23,184 nucleotides of DNA from an archaeon. GTDB lineage: Archaea > B1Sed10-29 > WALL01. Shown one piece after another: positions 15,997 to 23,184 of the stretch. Made by a program: the position numbers and the translations under genes. Within the stretch, counting starts at the first letter, position 1; each line of letters begins with the position of its first letter. Below the pieces are notes generated by a model that worked only from the letters and a program-made list of their open reading frames with translations, was not told the origin of the DNA and ran no database searches. Where the stretch lies: the NCBI GenBank assembly GCA_030592525.1, contig JAUVIW010000006.1:1-23184 (forward strand). The letters are read 5' to 3'.

Positions 15997-17607
15997 ATGC
16001 CAAACGTGACAGTGAAGTACTATGACTTGATTGGCCTCGTCGGCAAGGACCTTAGCATCCGCGACCTCGAGGGGATAGCGCCGAACATCAAGTGCGAGTG
16101 GGAAGGCGTTGACGGAGAGGACATCAAGCTCGAGACCACGCACGACAGGCCGGACATGGTCAGTGCAGAGGGGATTGCGAGGGCGATAAGGAACTATGTT
16201 GGCTTGCCGGCGGACATCCCCGCGTTCCACAAGTCTGATTACGTTTGTGACGTGGACAAAAGCGTGCTCGAGGAAAGGCCGTACTCACGCATGTTTGTTG
16301 TCAAGGGCATCAAGCTCACGAGCGCCTTGATAGAGCAGCTCATGCAGGTGCAGGAAAAGATTCACCTGGTTTATGCTAATGACCGCAAGGACGCGTCCAT
16401 TGGGGTCTATGACCTGGACACGTTCGCGTGGCCAATCACGTACTGCGCAAAGGAAGAGTACAAGTTCACTCCGCTTGGAGAGGAAAGGGAGATGACGTGC
16501 CGTGAGGTCCTGACCAAGACAGAGAAGGGAAGGGACTACGCGCACCTCGTGAAGGGGAGGTACCCGCTCATTATTGACAAGAACGGGCGCGTGCTTTCGC
16601 TGCCCCCTGTGCTAAACAGCGAGGAGACGAAGGTCACGGGGACCACGACAAACTTGTTCTGCGATGTAAGCGGATGGGATGGGGAAGTGGTTGAGAAGGT
16701 TGCTGCCCTGCTTGCGTGTGCGCTGAGCGAGAGGGGCGAAATCTATTACGTTACTATGAAGTATCCGGACCACACGATTGAGAGCCCGGAGCTCAAGAAG
16801 GAGAGCACCACCGCAAGTGTGATGGCAATAAACAAGCTCATCGGGAGCGAGTTCTCGCCACACGAGTGCATAGGGCTGCTCGCGAAGTCAGGTTTCCACG
16901 CGAAGGCACAGGGCGACTCCCTTGAGGTAGTGGTGCCGCCGTACCGCTATGACCTAATGCACCCAGTGGACATTGCTGAGGAAATAGCGATTGCCTATGG
17001 CTACAATGAGTTCAAGCCGCTAATGCCGGAGGTGCCGACCATCGGAATAAGGCACCCCTTGGAACGCTTGTCAGAGCAGGCGCGCGAGGCGCTTGTTGGC
17101 GCTGGGTTCCAGGAAGTGCTTACGTTCATACTCTGTTCCAAAAGGATTCTTGAGGCAGCGCCGGGGCCGCCGTTCGCGGAGCTGGAGAACCCGGTGAGTG
17201 ATGAGTACAACGCGGTGCGCTCATGGCTAGTGCCAAGGCACCTTGATTTCCTTGCGAAGAACAAGCACTTGCCGCTGCCGCACAGGGTGTTCGAGGCAGA
17301 GGACATTGTGATTACTGACGGCAAGGAAACTTACACGAGGCGCAATGTGTCGGCGAGCATTTGTAATTCCACGGCAACGTTCACTGAGATGCACTCGGTG
17401 CTTGACTCACTCATGAAGAACTTGGGCAAGGAGTACACGCTCAAGCCAGGGAAGCATGACACGTTCCTCCGCGGCAGGTGCGGTGTAGTCATGGTCAACG
17501 GCAAGGAAGCAGGGGTCATCGGGGAAATACACCCCAAGGTGCTGAACGCGTTTGAGTTGGAGAACCCGGTTGTCAGCCTCGAGCTGTGTTTGGACGAGCT
17601 CTTATGA
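15997..17607 (+). CDS. pheT: Phenylalanyl-tRNA synthetase beta subunit (archaeal type)
   Basis: 536 aa. Starts 1 nt after the pheS stop (TAATATG). N-terminus MPNVTVKYYDLIGLVGKDL, B3/4 and B5 domain signatures. Confidence 0.9.
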   Translation: MPNVTVKYYDLIGLVGKDLSIRDLEGIAPNIKCEWEGVDGEDIKLETTHDRPDMVSAEGIARAIRNYVGLPADIPAFHKSDYVCDVDKSVLEERPYSRMFVVKGIKLTSALIEQLMQVQEKIHLVYANDRKDASIGVYDLDTFAWPITYCAKEEYKFTPLGEEREMTCREVLTKTEKGRDYAHLVKGRYPLIIDKNGRVLSLPPVLNSEETKVTGTTTNLFCDVSGWDGEVVEKVAALLACALSERGEIYYVTMKYPDHTIESPELKKESTTASVMAINKLIGSEFSPHECIGLLAKSGFHAKAQGDSLEVVVPPYRYDLMHPVDIAEEIAIAYGYNEFKPLMPEVPTIGIRHPLERLSEQAREALVGAGFQEVLTFILCSKRILEAAPGPPFAELENPVSDEYNAVRSWLVPRHLDFLAKNKHLPLPHRVFEAEDIVITDGKETYTRRNVSASICNSTATFTEMHSVLDSLMKNLGKEYTLKPGKHDTFLRGRCGVVMVNGKEAGVIGEIHPKVLNAFELENPVVSLELCLDELL

Positions 17608-18903
17608 GAAGCTAGCGAGAGAGCTCTGGTTCCTGTCCACGAGGCTCTCGGCAATCTCTTTCTGGTGCAGCTCATCCGCTTTCTCGTAGATTTTCTTTGC
17701 TTTTGCTGCAGTGTAGCCGAAGTACTCTATTTCCTTGTCCTCGAGGCCGAAGAAGGCCGACAGGCCGACGGCGTACCTCTCCTGCGAGAAGAGCTCCATG
17801 TAGTAGTAGAGGTAGTGCTGGATGACCTCTTTCTTCGAGGCGTGGATTTTCCCTGATATTTTCATGGCGATGCCGTCGCGCAGCCCGCGCTTCGCCTTCG
17901 AGCGCGAGAGGAGCGAAATGAACTGGGGGAAGGAGTACGGAGTGAACTTGTGGTACGGCTCCTTCTTCGACAAGGCGACTCCGGCGGTCATGAGGTCTAT
18001 GGTGTACTTGAGGAGGGACCAGGACTGGCGGCGGCGAATCCTGCCATAATAGACATCGGCGCGGGCAAGCTCCTTGAACGCGTTCGCGATGTCCTCCTTG
18101 TCCTCGTACTCGCGCGGGATGTTTTCGTCGACCCACTTGAGGAACAGGTCAGGGTCCTCGCGGACAGTGTCGAAAACTCCGCGGGCCTTCTTGAAGTCAG
18201 TTGTCTTGAACACGGCGCGCATGGCGTTGAAGATGTTGTCCATGCGGTCGCGGTCTGTGAGCATTATGTCCTCTTCGGTTAGTTCCTTGCGGCCCTCTGA
18301 CAATGCCTGGAGGTCGTTGATTGCGGCTTTCAGGTCGCCGCACGCGTTCTTCGCGAGTGACTCGAGTGCCGCGGGGTCGGCATTGATGCCCTTGTCCTCG
18401 GCAATGCGTGCTAGTGTTTTCTTGATGGTGCTGTAGTGGACCTTTTTGTAGACCACCTTGTCGCAGTACTTTTTGATTGTTGCGAGCTGCTTTGCGTACG
18501 CATCGTTCGCTGTGAGGATGATTGGTGACGCGCCCCCTTTGACTACGTCGAGCATTGCGGTGGTGCCACCGCGGTCATTGCGGAAGAGTCCGTCAGCCTC
18601 GTCGAACAGTATCATGCGGCGGTTGCCTGAGAAGGTTGTGCTCACGCTTGCGAGGCCGGCGGTGCGCTGGATTATGGCCTTGTTCCTTTGTTCGGAAGAG
18701 TTCATCTCAAGGAGGTCCCAGTTTTTGGTCCTCGCGAGGGCAAGGGCTGTCGCCGTCTTTCCGATGCCGGGGCCGCCCACGAGAAGGAGTGCCTTGGCTC
18801 CGGGCTTCCAGCTGTCCGCCCACTTCGTGACGGCATCCAGGGCACTCGGGTTGCCGACAACGTCCTCGAGCAATCCAGGCGCATACTCCTCAGTCCACTG
18901 CAT
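17602..18903 (-). CDS. rfcL: Replication factor C large subunit
   Basis: 433 aa, ATG 18903..18901. MQWTEEYAPGLLEDVVGNPSALDAVTKWADSW... with Walker A GGPGIGKTATALALA. The C-terminal Lys/Glu-rich tail is typical of archaeal RFC-L. Its 3' end overlaps the pheT end by 6 bp. Confidence 0.85.
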   Translation of the reverse strand: MQWTEEYAPGLLEDVVGNPSALDAVTKWADSWKPGAKALLLVGGPGIGKTATALALARTKNWDLLEMNSSEQRNKAIIQRTAGLASVSTTFSGNRRMILFDEADGLFRNDRGGTTAMLDVVKGGASPIILTANDAYAKQLATIKKYCDKVVYKKVHYSTIKKTLARIAEDKGINADPAALESLAKNACGDLKAAINDLQALSEGRKELTEEDIMLTDRDRMDNIFNAMRAVFKTTDFKKARGVFDTVREDPDLFLKWVDENIPREYEDKEDIANAFKELARADVYYGRIRRRQSWSLLKYTIDLMTAGVALSKKEPYHKFTPYSFPQFISLLSRSKAKRGLRDGIAMKISGKIHASKKEVIQHYLYYYMELFSQERYAVGLSAFFGLEDKEIEYFGYTAAKAKKIYEKADELHQKEIAESLVDRNQSSLASFS

Positions 18904-18944
18904 GTGGATAAGTTAATAAGCCGAGGGGAATAAAATGCTAACGC

Positions 18945-20066
18945 ATGAAGATAGGTATTGTTGGCAAGCCATCGTCAGGAAAGAGCACTTTCCTGAACGC
19001 AGCCTGCCTCACTGATGCGCAAATGGCGGCGTACCCGTTCACGACCATAAAGCCCAATCTGGGGACTGCGGTTGTTACGGTAAAGTGCCCGTGTGTGGAC
19101 TTGGGTGTCAAGCACTGCGATGGGAAAAGATTGGTGCCGGTTCCGATGGTGGATGTTGCGGGGTTGGTGCCGGGGGCGCATGAAGGCAAGGGAATGGGCA
19201 ACCAGTTCCTCACTGACTTGGCTGATGCCGATGCACTCATTCACGTTGTTGACTACACAGGGAAGACTGATGCCGAAGGAAACCCGGGCCAAGGGGATCC
19301 AGCTGCGGACATACAGTTCCTGGAGGACGAGCTTGACCATTGGATCAAGGGAATTATCGAAAAGAACTGGGCCGTGTTGTATAGGAAAGTGGAAATGAAC
19401 CAGTTCAAGCTTTCGGCCGCGGTGTACCAACAGGTCAGCGGGCTGAAGGTGAGCGAAGAAGAGGTTGAGAAAGCCATACTCGCAATTAATTTCAAGGTCG
19501 GGGATGACTTGCTGCTATTGGCGCGCGAGATACGCAAGCGGAACAAGAAGATTATTGTCGCGGCGAACAAGATGGACACGAAGGAAGCGCAAGCGAATTA
19601 CGAGCGCGTTAAGAAGGGGATTCCGTGCTGCGCAGAGGCAGAGCTTGCGTTACGCAGGGCTGCGGAGAAGGAATTGATTAGTTATCACCCGGGGGCAAGT
19701 GACTTTACCACTAACAAGGAGCTGCCTGAGAAGCAGGCGCATGCACTTGAGTTCATTCGCGATAACGTGCTGAAGAAGTTCGGCAGCACGGGTGTACAGG
19801 AAGTTGTTGACAAAAGCGTTTATGAGCTGTTGGAGTACATTGTTGTTTACCCGGTTGAGGACGAGGGCAAGCTCACTGACAAGAAAGGGAGAGTTCTTCC
19901 GGATGCGTACCTCATGCCAAAGGGAAGCACGGCGCTGCAGCTCGCGTACAAGGTTCACACTGACATTGGGGATAAGTTCATCGGCGCGATTGACGCGCGC
20001 ACCAAGAAGCGGATTGGCAAAGAGCACGAGCTGAAGGACGGCGACGTGATTCGCATTCTAGTCTAA
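18945..20066 (+). CDS. Obg/YchF-family GTPase (OBG-type G domain with C-terminal TGS-like region)
   Basis: 373 aa. G1 GIVGKPSSGKST, G2 region PFTTIKPNLG, G3 DVAGLV, G4 NKMD. There is a Cys cluster CPCVDLGVKHC between G2 and G3. Confidence 0.7.
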   Translation: MKIGIVGKPSSGKSTFLNAACLTDAQMAAYPFTTIKPNLGTAVVTVKCPCVDLGVKHCDGKRLVPVPMVDVAGLVPGAHEGKGMGNQFLTDLADADALIHVVDYTGKTDAEGNPGQGDPAADIQFLEDELDHWIKGIIEKNWAVLYRKVEMNQFKLSAAVYQQVSGLKVSEEEVEKAILAINFKVGDDLLLLAREIRKRNKKIIVAANKMDTKEAQANYERVKKGIPCCAEAELALRRAAEKELISYHPGASDFTTNKELPEKQAHALEFIRDNVLKKFGSTGVQEVVDKSVYELLEYIVVYPVEDEGKLTDKKGRVLPDAYLMPKGSTALQLAYKVHTDIGDKFIGAIDARTKKRIGKEHELKDGDVIRILV

Positions 20067-20344
20067 TCAAACTCGAATTCCTGCGAGCCCTCTTTCTGGA
20101 AATGGATTGTTTCCTGTGCCTGGTTGGGCTCGTATGACGCGGCCTTGCCTTCGAGGAGCTCTTCCTCTTTCTCTACGGCGGCCTCAAGCGCTTTCATTTC
20201 GCGCGCCTTGCGCTGGATGCGGAGCAAGGAGTAGAAGTAAGCGTTCATGATTGTGTCAAGGCCCATCTGTCGCTTCTCGTGCCCCTTGGACACGTCCCTG
20301 ACGTATAGCTCCACAAGCTTGAAGGCTATATCCTCGTCTTCCAT
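20063..20344 (-). CDS. Small acidic hypothetical protein
   Basis: ATG 20344..20342 gives 93 aa. Predicted helical, with a C-terminal acidic tail ...QEFEFD. Its 3' end overlaps the GTPase gene by 4 bp. No family recognised. Confidence 0.35.
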   Translation of the reverse strand: MEDEDIAFKLVELYVRDVSKGHEKRQMGLDTIMNAYFYSLLRIQRKAREMKALEAAVEKEEELLEGKAASYEPNQAQETIHFQKEGSQEFEFD

Positions 20345-20400
20345 ACTTCCAACTAACACTATCTCCCCTTATAAACCTTTCGCGGCATAACTATGAAGGC

Positions 20401-21027
20401 ATGGTCACGCTCGGGATTGCCAGCCCCCCAGAGAGGGTGCCAGAAGGATTCGACTTGGTAGAGATACAGTGCGAAAAAAGCGTGCCGAAAAAATCGGCGC
20501 AGCTGCCCAAGGCGAAGTACACTGTGCACGCACCATACTACGGAACCATAGCCACGGACAAAGAGCAAAAAGCCAAGGACGCGCGGATGCGGATTATTGA
20601 TGCCAGTGCTTTTGCGAGAAAGGTCGGCGGTAAATTGGTTGTGGCGAGAGCGGGATTTTACGCAAAGAAAAAGCCCGGCGAAGTCTTCGAAATAGTGAAG
20701 CGCAACTGCAAAAACTTGAAGAGGAGCATGTCCGTGCCACTCGGCATCGAGACGCAGCCAAGGCAATCACAGTTCGGGTCACTGAACGAAGTGCTCAGGC
20801 TCGCAAAGGAAGCCAAAATAGTTCCGGTGCTCAACCTTAGCGCGATAAAGGAGCGCGACGGGAAAATCAATCTCGAGGAAGTGCTGAACAGGGTGAAAAT
20901 GCCGTATTGCCACTATGACTCAAGGGTTGATATCGAGACGCTGGCGTATGTCGCGGGAAAGATGTATGACGTCACGCTCGTCGCAGAGGACGAGAAGGCG
21001 GCTGACGCGCTCTCGAAAGTCCTATAG
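20401..21027 (+). CDS. Xylose-isomerase-like TIM-barrel/AP-endonuclease-2 family protein (short endonuclease IV-like)
   Basis: 208 aa. Blocks VHAPYYG (cf. Endo IV HxxYLINL), GIETQP...FGSLNEV (cf. IENTAG...LG...E) and PYCHYD (cf. DTCH) align in order with endonuclease IV metal-binding motifs. It is about 70 aa shorter than a canonical Nfo. Confidence 0.4.
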   Translation: MVTLGIASPPERVPEGFDLVEIQCEKSVPKKSAQLPKAKYTVHAPYYGTIATDKEQKAKDARMRIIDASAFARKVGGKLVVARAGFYAKKKPGEVFEIVKRNCKNLKRSMSVPLGIETQPRQSQFGSLNEVLRLAKEAKIVPVLNLSAIKERDGKINLEEVLNRVKMPYCHYDSRVDIETLAYVAGKMYDVTLVAEDEKAADALSKVL

Positions 21028-21267
21028 TGAGTCCATCGCGAAAACGGTTTTGGTGCCCTTAAGCTTCTTCTGGACCAGGTCACCCAAGTTCAGTACCTCG
21101 TCTGTTGACGGGGACTTGTCCCAAATGTACTCGAGGTCGTAGTTTCCGGACATGGCCTTGAAGCCGATTGAGGTCAACAGCTCAATAACCTTTGATGGGC
21201 TTTCGCCGTCACTGTTGAACCAAAGAGTCAGGTAAGTGCGCACTTCAGTCACCACCATAGCCGGCAA
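21022..21267 (-). CDS. Small hypothetical protein (74-81 aa)
   Basis: ORF immediately downstream of the coiled-coil gene, overlapping it. The likely start is the second Met (MVVTEV..., ATG 21258..21256). No family recognised. Confidence 0.3.
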   Translation of the reverse strand: MPAMVVTEVRTYLTLWFNSDGESPSKVIELLTSIGFKAMSGNYDLEYIWDKSPSTDEVLNLGDLVQKKLKGTKTVFAMDSL

Positions 21268-22060
21268 TTATCTGCAGCTCATCAGTAGTGAGCTTCCTGC
21301 CCGTCTTGAACTCAGCCATTAGCTGGTCCGCCTTCTTGCGCATCTCGGTTACCCTTTCCTTATGTGACTGCTCTCTTGCAGCCACACGCTCACCCTTCAC
21401 CTTTTCGTATTCAGTAACAAAGTACTTGTGTGCAGTGTCCGCCTGCTTCTTCGCATCGCGAATCCTGTCGGAAATGACCTTGTGGTCCGGCTCAATAGCC
21501 TTGATCTTTTTGTAAACATCCTGGACAGAGTCGTGAAAAGTCTCGCTCGCCTTCGCGTGCTGCAGCATCTGCTCGTGGTAGCCCTGCGCCTCCTTGCGCA
21601 ACGCGTCCAAGCCCTTCACGATGTTCCGGAAGCCCTTGCGCTTCTCAAAGAACTCTTCGCTGGAGCCGACCTCAGTCTCAAGCTCCTCGATTTTGCGGGC
21701 AATCTTCTCTTCCTGCTTAACATTAAGGACTTGTGTCTGCACCTGCCACTCCAAGCGCTCCAACTGCTTCTTGGCTTCCTTGAACCCGGTGCCCATCGAC
21801 TTCTTCGCGTCCTCGATGCCGTCCTGCAGCTGGTTAAGCTCGTCAACCTTGACCTTAATCTTATGGTTGACCTCGTCGCGCTTCTTTTTCAGTTCTTGGA
21901 CTTGCTTGTTCTCCTCGTCGCGCTTCTTTTTCGCGTCGCGGAGCTCATTGCGCAGCTTCTTCACTCGCTGCGTGCTTTCCCTGCTGTCCTCAACGAGCTC
22001 GCGCGTCTTAGTGTTGAGCTCATCGCGTTGTTTCTTTAAGTCCTCAAGTGCCATATGCAT
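21245..22060 (-). CDS. Archaeal coiled-coil protein (COG1340-like)
   Basis: 271 aa, almost entirely heptad-repeat Lys/Glu-rich coiled coil. C-terminal ...TTDELQIIAGYGG resembles the conserved C-terminus of the uncharacterised archaeal coiled-coil family. Confidence 0.55.
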   Translation of the reverse strand: MHMALEDLKKQRDELNTKTRELVEDSRESTQRVKKLRNELRDAKKKRDEENKQVQELKKKRDEVNHKIKVKVDELNQLQDGIEDAKKSMGTGFKEAKKQLERLEWQVQTQVLNVKQEEKIARKIEELETEVGSSEEFFEKRKGFRNIVKGLDALRKEAQGYHEQMLQHAKASETFHDSVQDVYKKIKAIEPDHKVISDRIRDAKKQADTAHKYFVTEYEKVKGERVAAREQSHKERVTEMRKKADQLMAEFKTGRKLTTDELQIIAGYGGD

Positions 22061-22157
22061 TCCATCCTGTGGGTCTCAAAACAAAAGCACGGCTAATTAT
22101 GAGGCAAACCCTTTAAAAGCGTAACCTTATTAGGCTCAGGTTCATTTATAGGGAACT

Positions 22158-22577
22158 ATGGGGAGAGGGTTCATAGGCTATGCGATAGCGCTTGCACTGG
22201 TGGCGGCGCTGCTTTCAGTCCACGCGCTCCAGCTCCAGCAAAACACAGGCGTAGTGGAAGCGAGGGTGGCGATGCTTGAGCACCAGGCCATAACCAACAA
22301 GGCGGCGATGGTGGACGCGACTTTCTGCGATGCGCCGGACCACGGCGAGTGGGAAAAAGTTATGGGCAAGGAAGGTGTTGGCCTGGAGTGCGGTGACATC
22401 GGGCCGGAGTACTACAAGAACTCGGGCGGGAACTGTGACTGGAACATTGTCAAGCAGATGCCCGGCGGCAGGTATGTCGCGGGCGGCGAGCACTACGGCA
22501 TCAAGGCGATTATCAGTGTCGGTGCGAGCACGGGGGTTCATGTGATACGTGGGGGGACAGTATGCGGGGGCAAGTGA
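22158..22577 (+). CDS. Putative type IV pilin-like protein with class III signal peptide and Cys-containing globular domain
   Basis: 139 aa. MGRG|FIGYAIALALVAALLSV is a short charged N-terminus, an R-G candidate prepilin peptidase site, then a hydrophobic helix. 4 Cys sit in the C-terminal domain. Confidence 0.45.
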   Translation: MGRGFIGYAIALALVAALLSVHALQLQQNTGVVEARVAMLEHQAITNKAAMVDATFCDAPDHGEWEKVMGKEGVGLECGDIGPEYYKNSGGNCDWNIVKQMPGGRYVAGGEHYGIKAIISVGASTGVHVIRGGTVCGGK

Positions 22578-22885
22578 CTCTTGAGGCACTGGTTGTCACC
22601 CTTGCGCTGGTCGCGGCGATTGGCGTGTGGGTAACAGCCGGGGCGCAGGCGCTTGATGGCGTGCGCGGAGAGCTCGCGAACTCCACAGTGCGCCAGGCAG
22701 AGGAGCGGGTTGCGTCTCTTTGCGCCAGTGCGCAGGCAATGGGTGAGGGAAACAATGTGTTCGCGCGGGTGTTCGTCGCGCGTGACACAGTTGTTGAAAC
22801 AATAATCCTCCGCGAGGGCTGGAACAACGTGACTGCTGAGTGGCGCGGTCAGTGCCTGCTTGCCTCAACAACGAGCTCGCAATAG
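22562..22885 (+). CDS. Putative archaeal type IV pilin (class III signal peptide, DUF361-like N-terminus)
   Basis: 107 aa. MRGQ|VTLEALVVTLALVAAIGVW matches the [KR]GQ-hydrophobic-LE-L pattern of archaeal prepilins. Overlaps the previous gene by 16 bp. Confidence 0.55.
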   Translation: MRGQVTLEALVVTLALVAAIGVWVTAGAQALDGVRGELANSTVRQAEERVASLCASAQAMGEGNNVFARVFVARDTVVETIILREGWNNVTAEWRGQCLLASTTSSQ

Positions 22886-23178
22886 CCGCCGTCATAGTAA
22901 AGGGTGTGAATAACAACAGGCGCACGGGGAGAGTCATCCATGATAACGCTCCCACACGCTGTCACGCGCGCCTTGAGGCCCAATTGCCGCGCCAATGCAC
23001 TGGCGTTGCCGAAGTCTTTCGTGCGCGCGAGCTCGTTCGCGAGGTCGCTTGCCTGCTTGTACAGCACCACGCTCGAGTAGTCCTCGGCAGGCACCTGCAG
23101 GAGTATTACTATAGATACTAGGGAGATTATGGCGGCGATAGCCTCAAGAGTGTAAACGAATCCGCGCAACCATATCAC
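22849..23178 (-). CDS. Putative pilin-like protein (class III signal peptide). Its start lies at the window edge.
   Basis: 109 aa from GTG 23178. MIWLRG|FVYTLEAIAAIISLVSIVILL. It is convergent with the previous pilin-like gene and overlaps it by 37 bp. Its N-terminus could extend beyond the window. Confidence 0.4.
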   Translation of the reverse strand: MIWLRGFVYTLEAIAAIISLVSIVILLQVPAEDYSSVVLYKQASDLANELARTKDFGNASALARQLGLKARVTACGSVIMDDSPRAPVVIHTLYYDGGYCELVVEASRH

Positions 23179-23184
23179 CAGAGC

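Noticed and set aside
21428-22039. 203-aa Leu-rich + ORF
   Set aside because: Antisense shadow of the Lys/Glu-rich coiled-coil gene. Reverse-complemented GAG/AAG codons read as Leu.
1-23184. CRISPR arrays / rRNA genes
   Set aside because: The only significant direct repeats are the 47-bp and 28-bp pairs and a 14-bp tandem duplication. None is a repeat-spacer array. No rRNA-like conserved stretches were seen.

Overview
The window reads as a compact, GC-rich archaeal chromosomal segment. By eye it is roughly 55-60% GC, genes are tightly packed, and many are leaderless or translationally coupled. The archaeal assignment rests on recognisable archaeal-type housekeeping genes: membrane-inserted LonB protease, two-subunit archaeal PheRS (pheS/pheT), RFC large subunit, RNase Z, a Trm11-like tRNA m2G methyltransferase, a DUF373 membrane protein, a COG1340-like coiled-coil protein and pilin-like proteins with class III signal peptides. 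I found no rRNA, tRNA or CRISPR array. Most of the window is ordinary core genome. The non-routine signals are listed here. (1) An AT-rich ~1 kb islet (GNAT acetyltransferase plus a decayed sugar-nucleotide epimerase fragment) is bracketed by perfect 47-bp direct repeats, each of which rebuilds a bidirectional leaderless promoter together with the start codon of a flanking gene. (2) A 74-bp triple-hairpin element is bracketed by perfect 28-bp direct repeats exactly at the convergent 3' junction of the methyltransferase and a P-loop kinase. (3) A five-gene minus-strand 'peptidase' operon runs M29 aminopeptidase, TldD, TldE, mini HExxH metallopeptidase, P-loop kinase, and the last two ORFs are separated only by an in-frame TGA. 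(4) A lower-GC hypothetical gene with a basic N-terminus sits divergent from a solitary PIN-domain gene. (5) A convergent trio of pilin-like genes lies at the right edge. I could not run any homology search or folding computation. All family assignments are from motif recognition by eye and carry the stated uncertainty.
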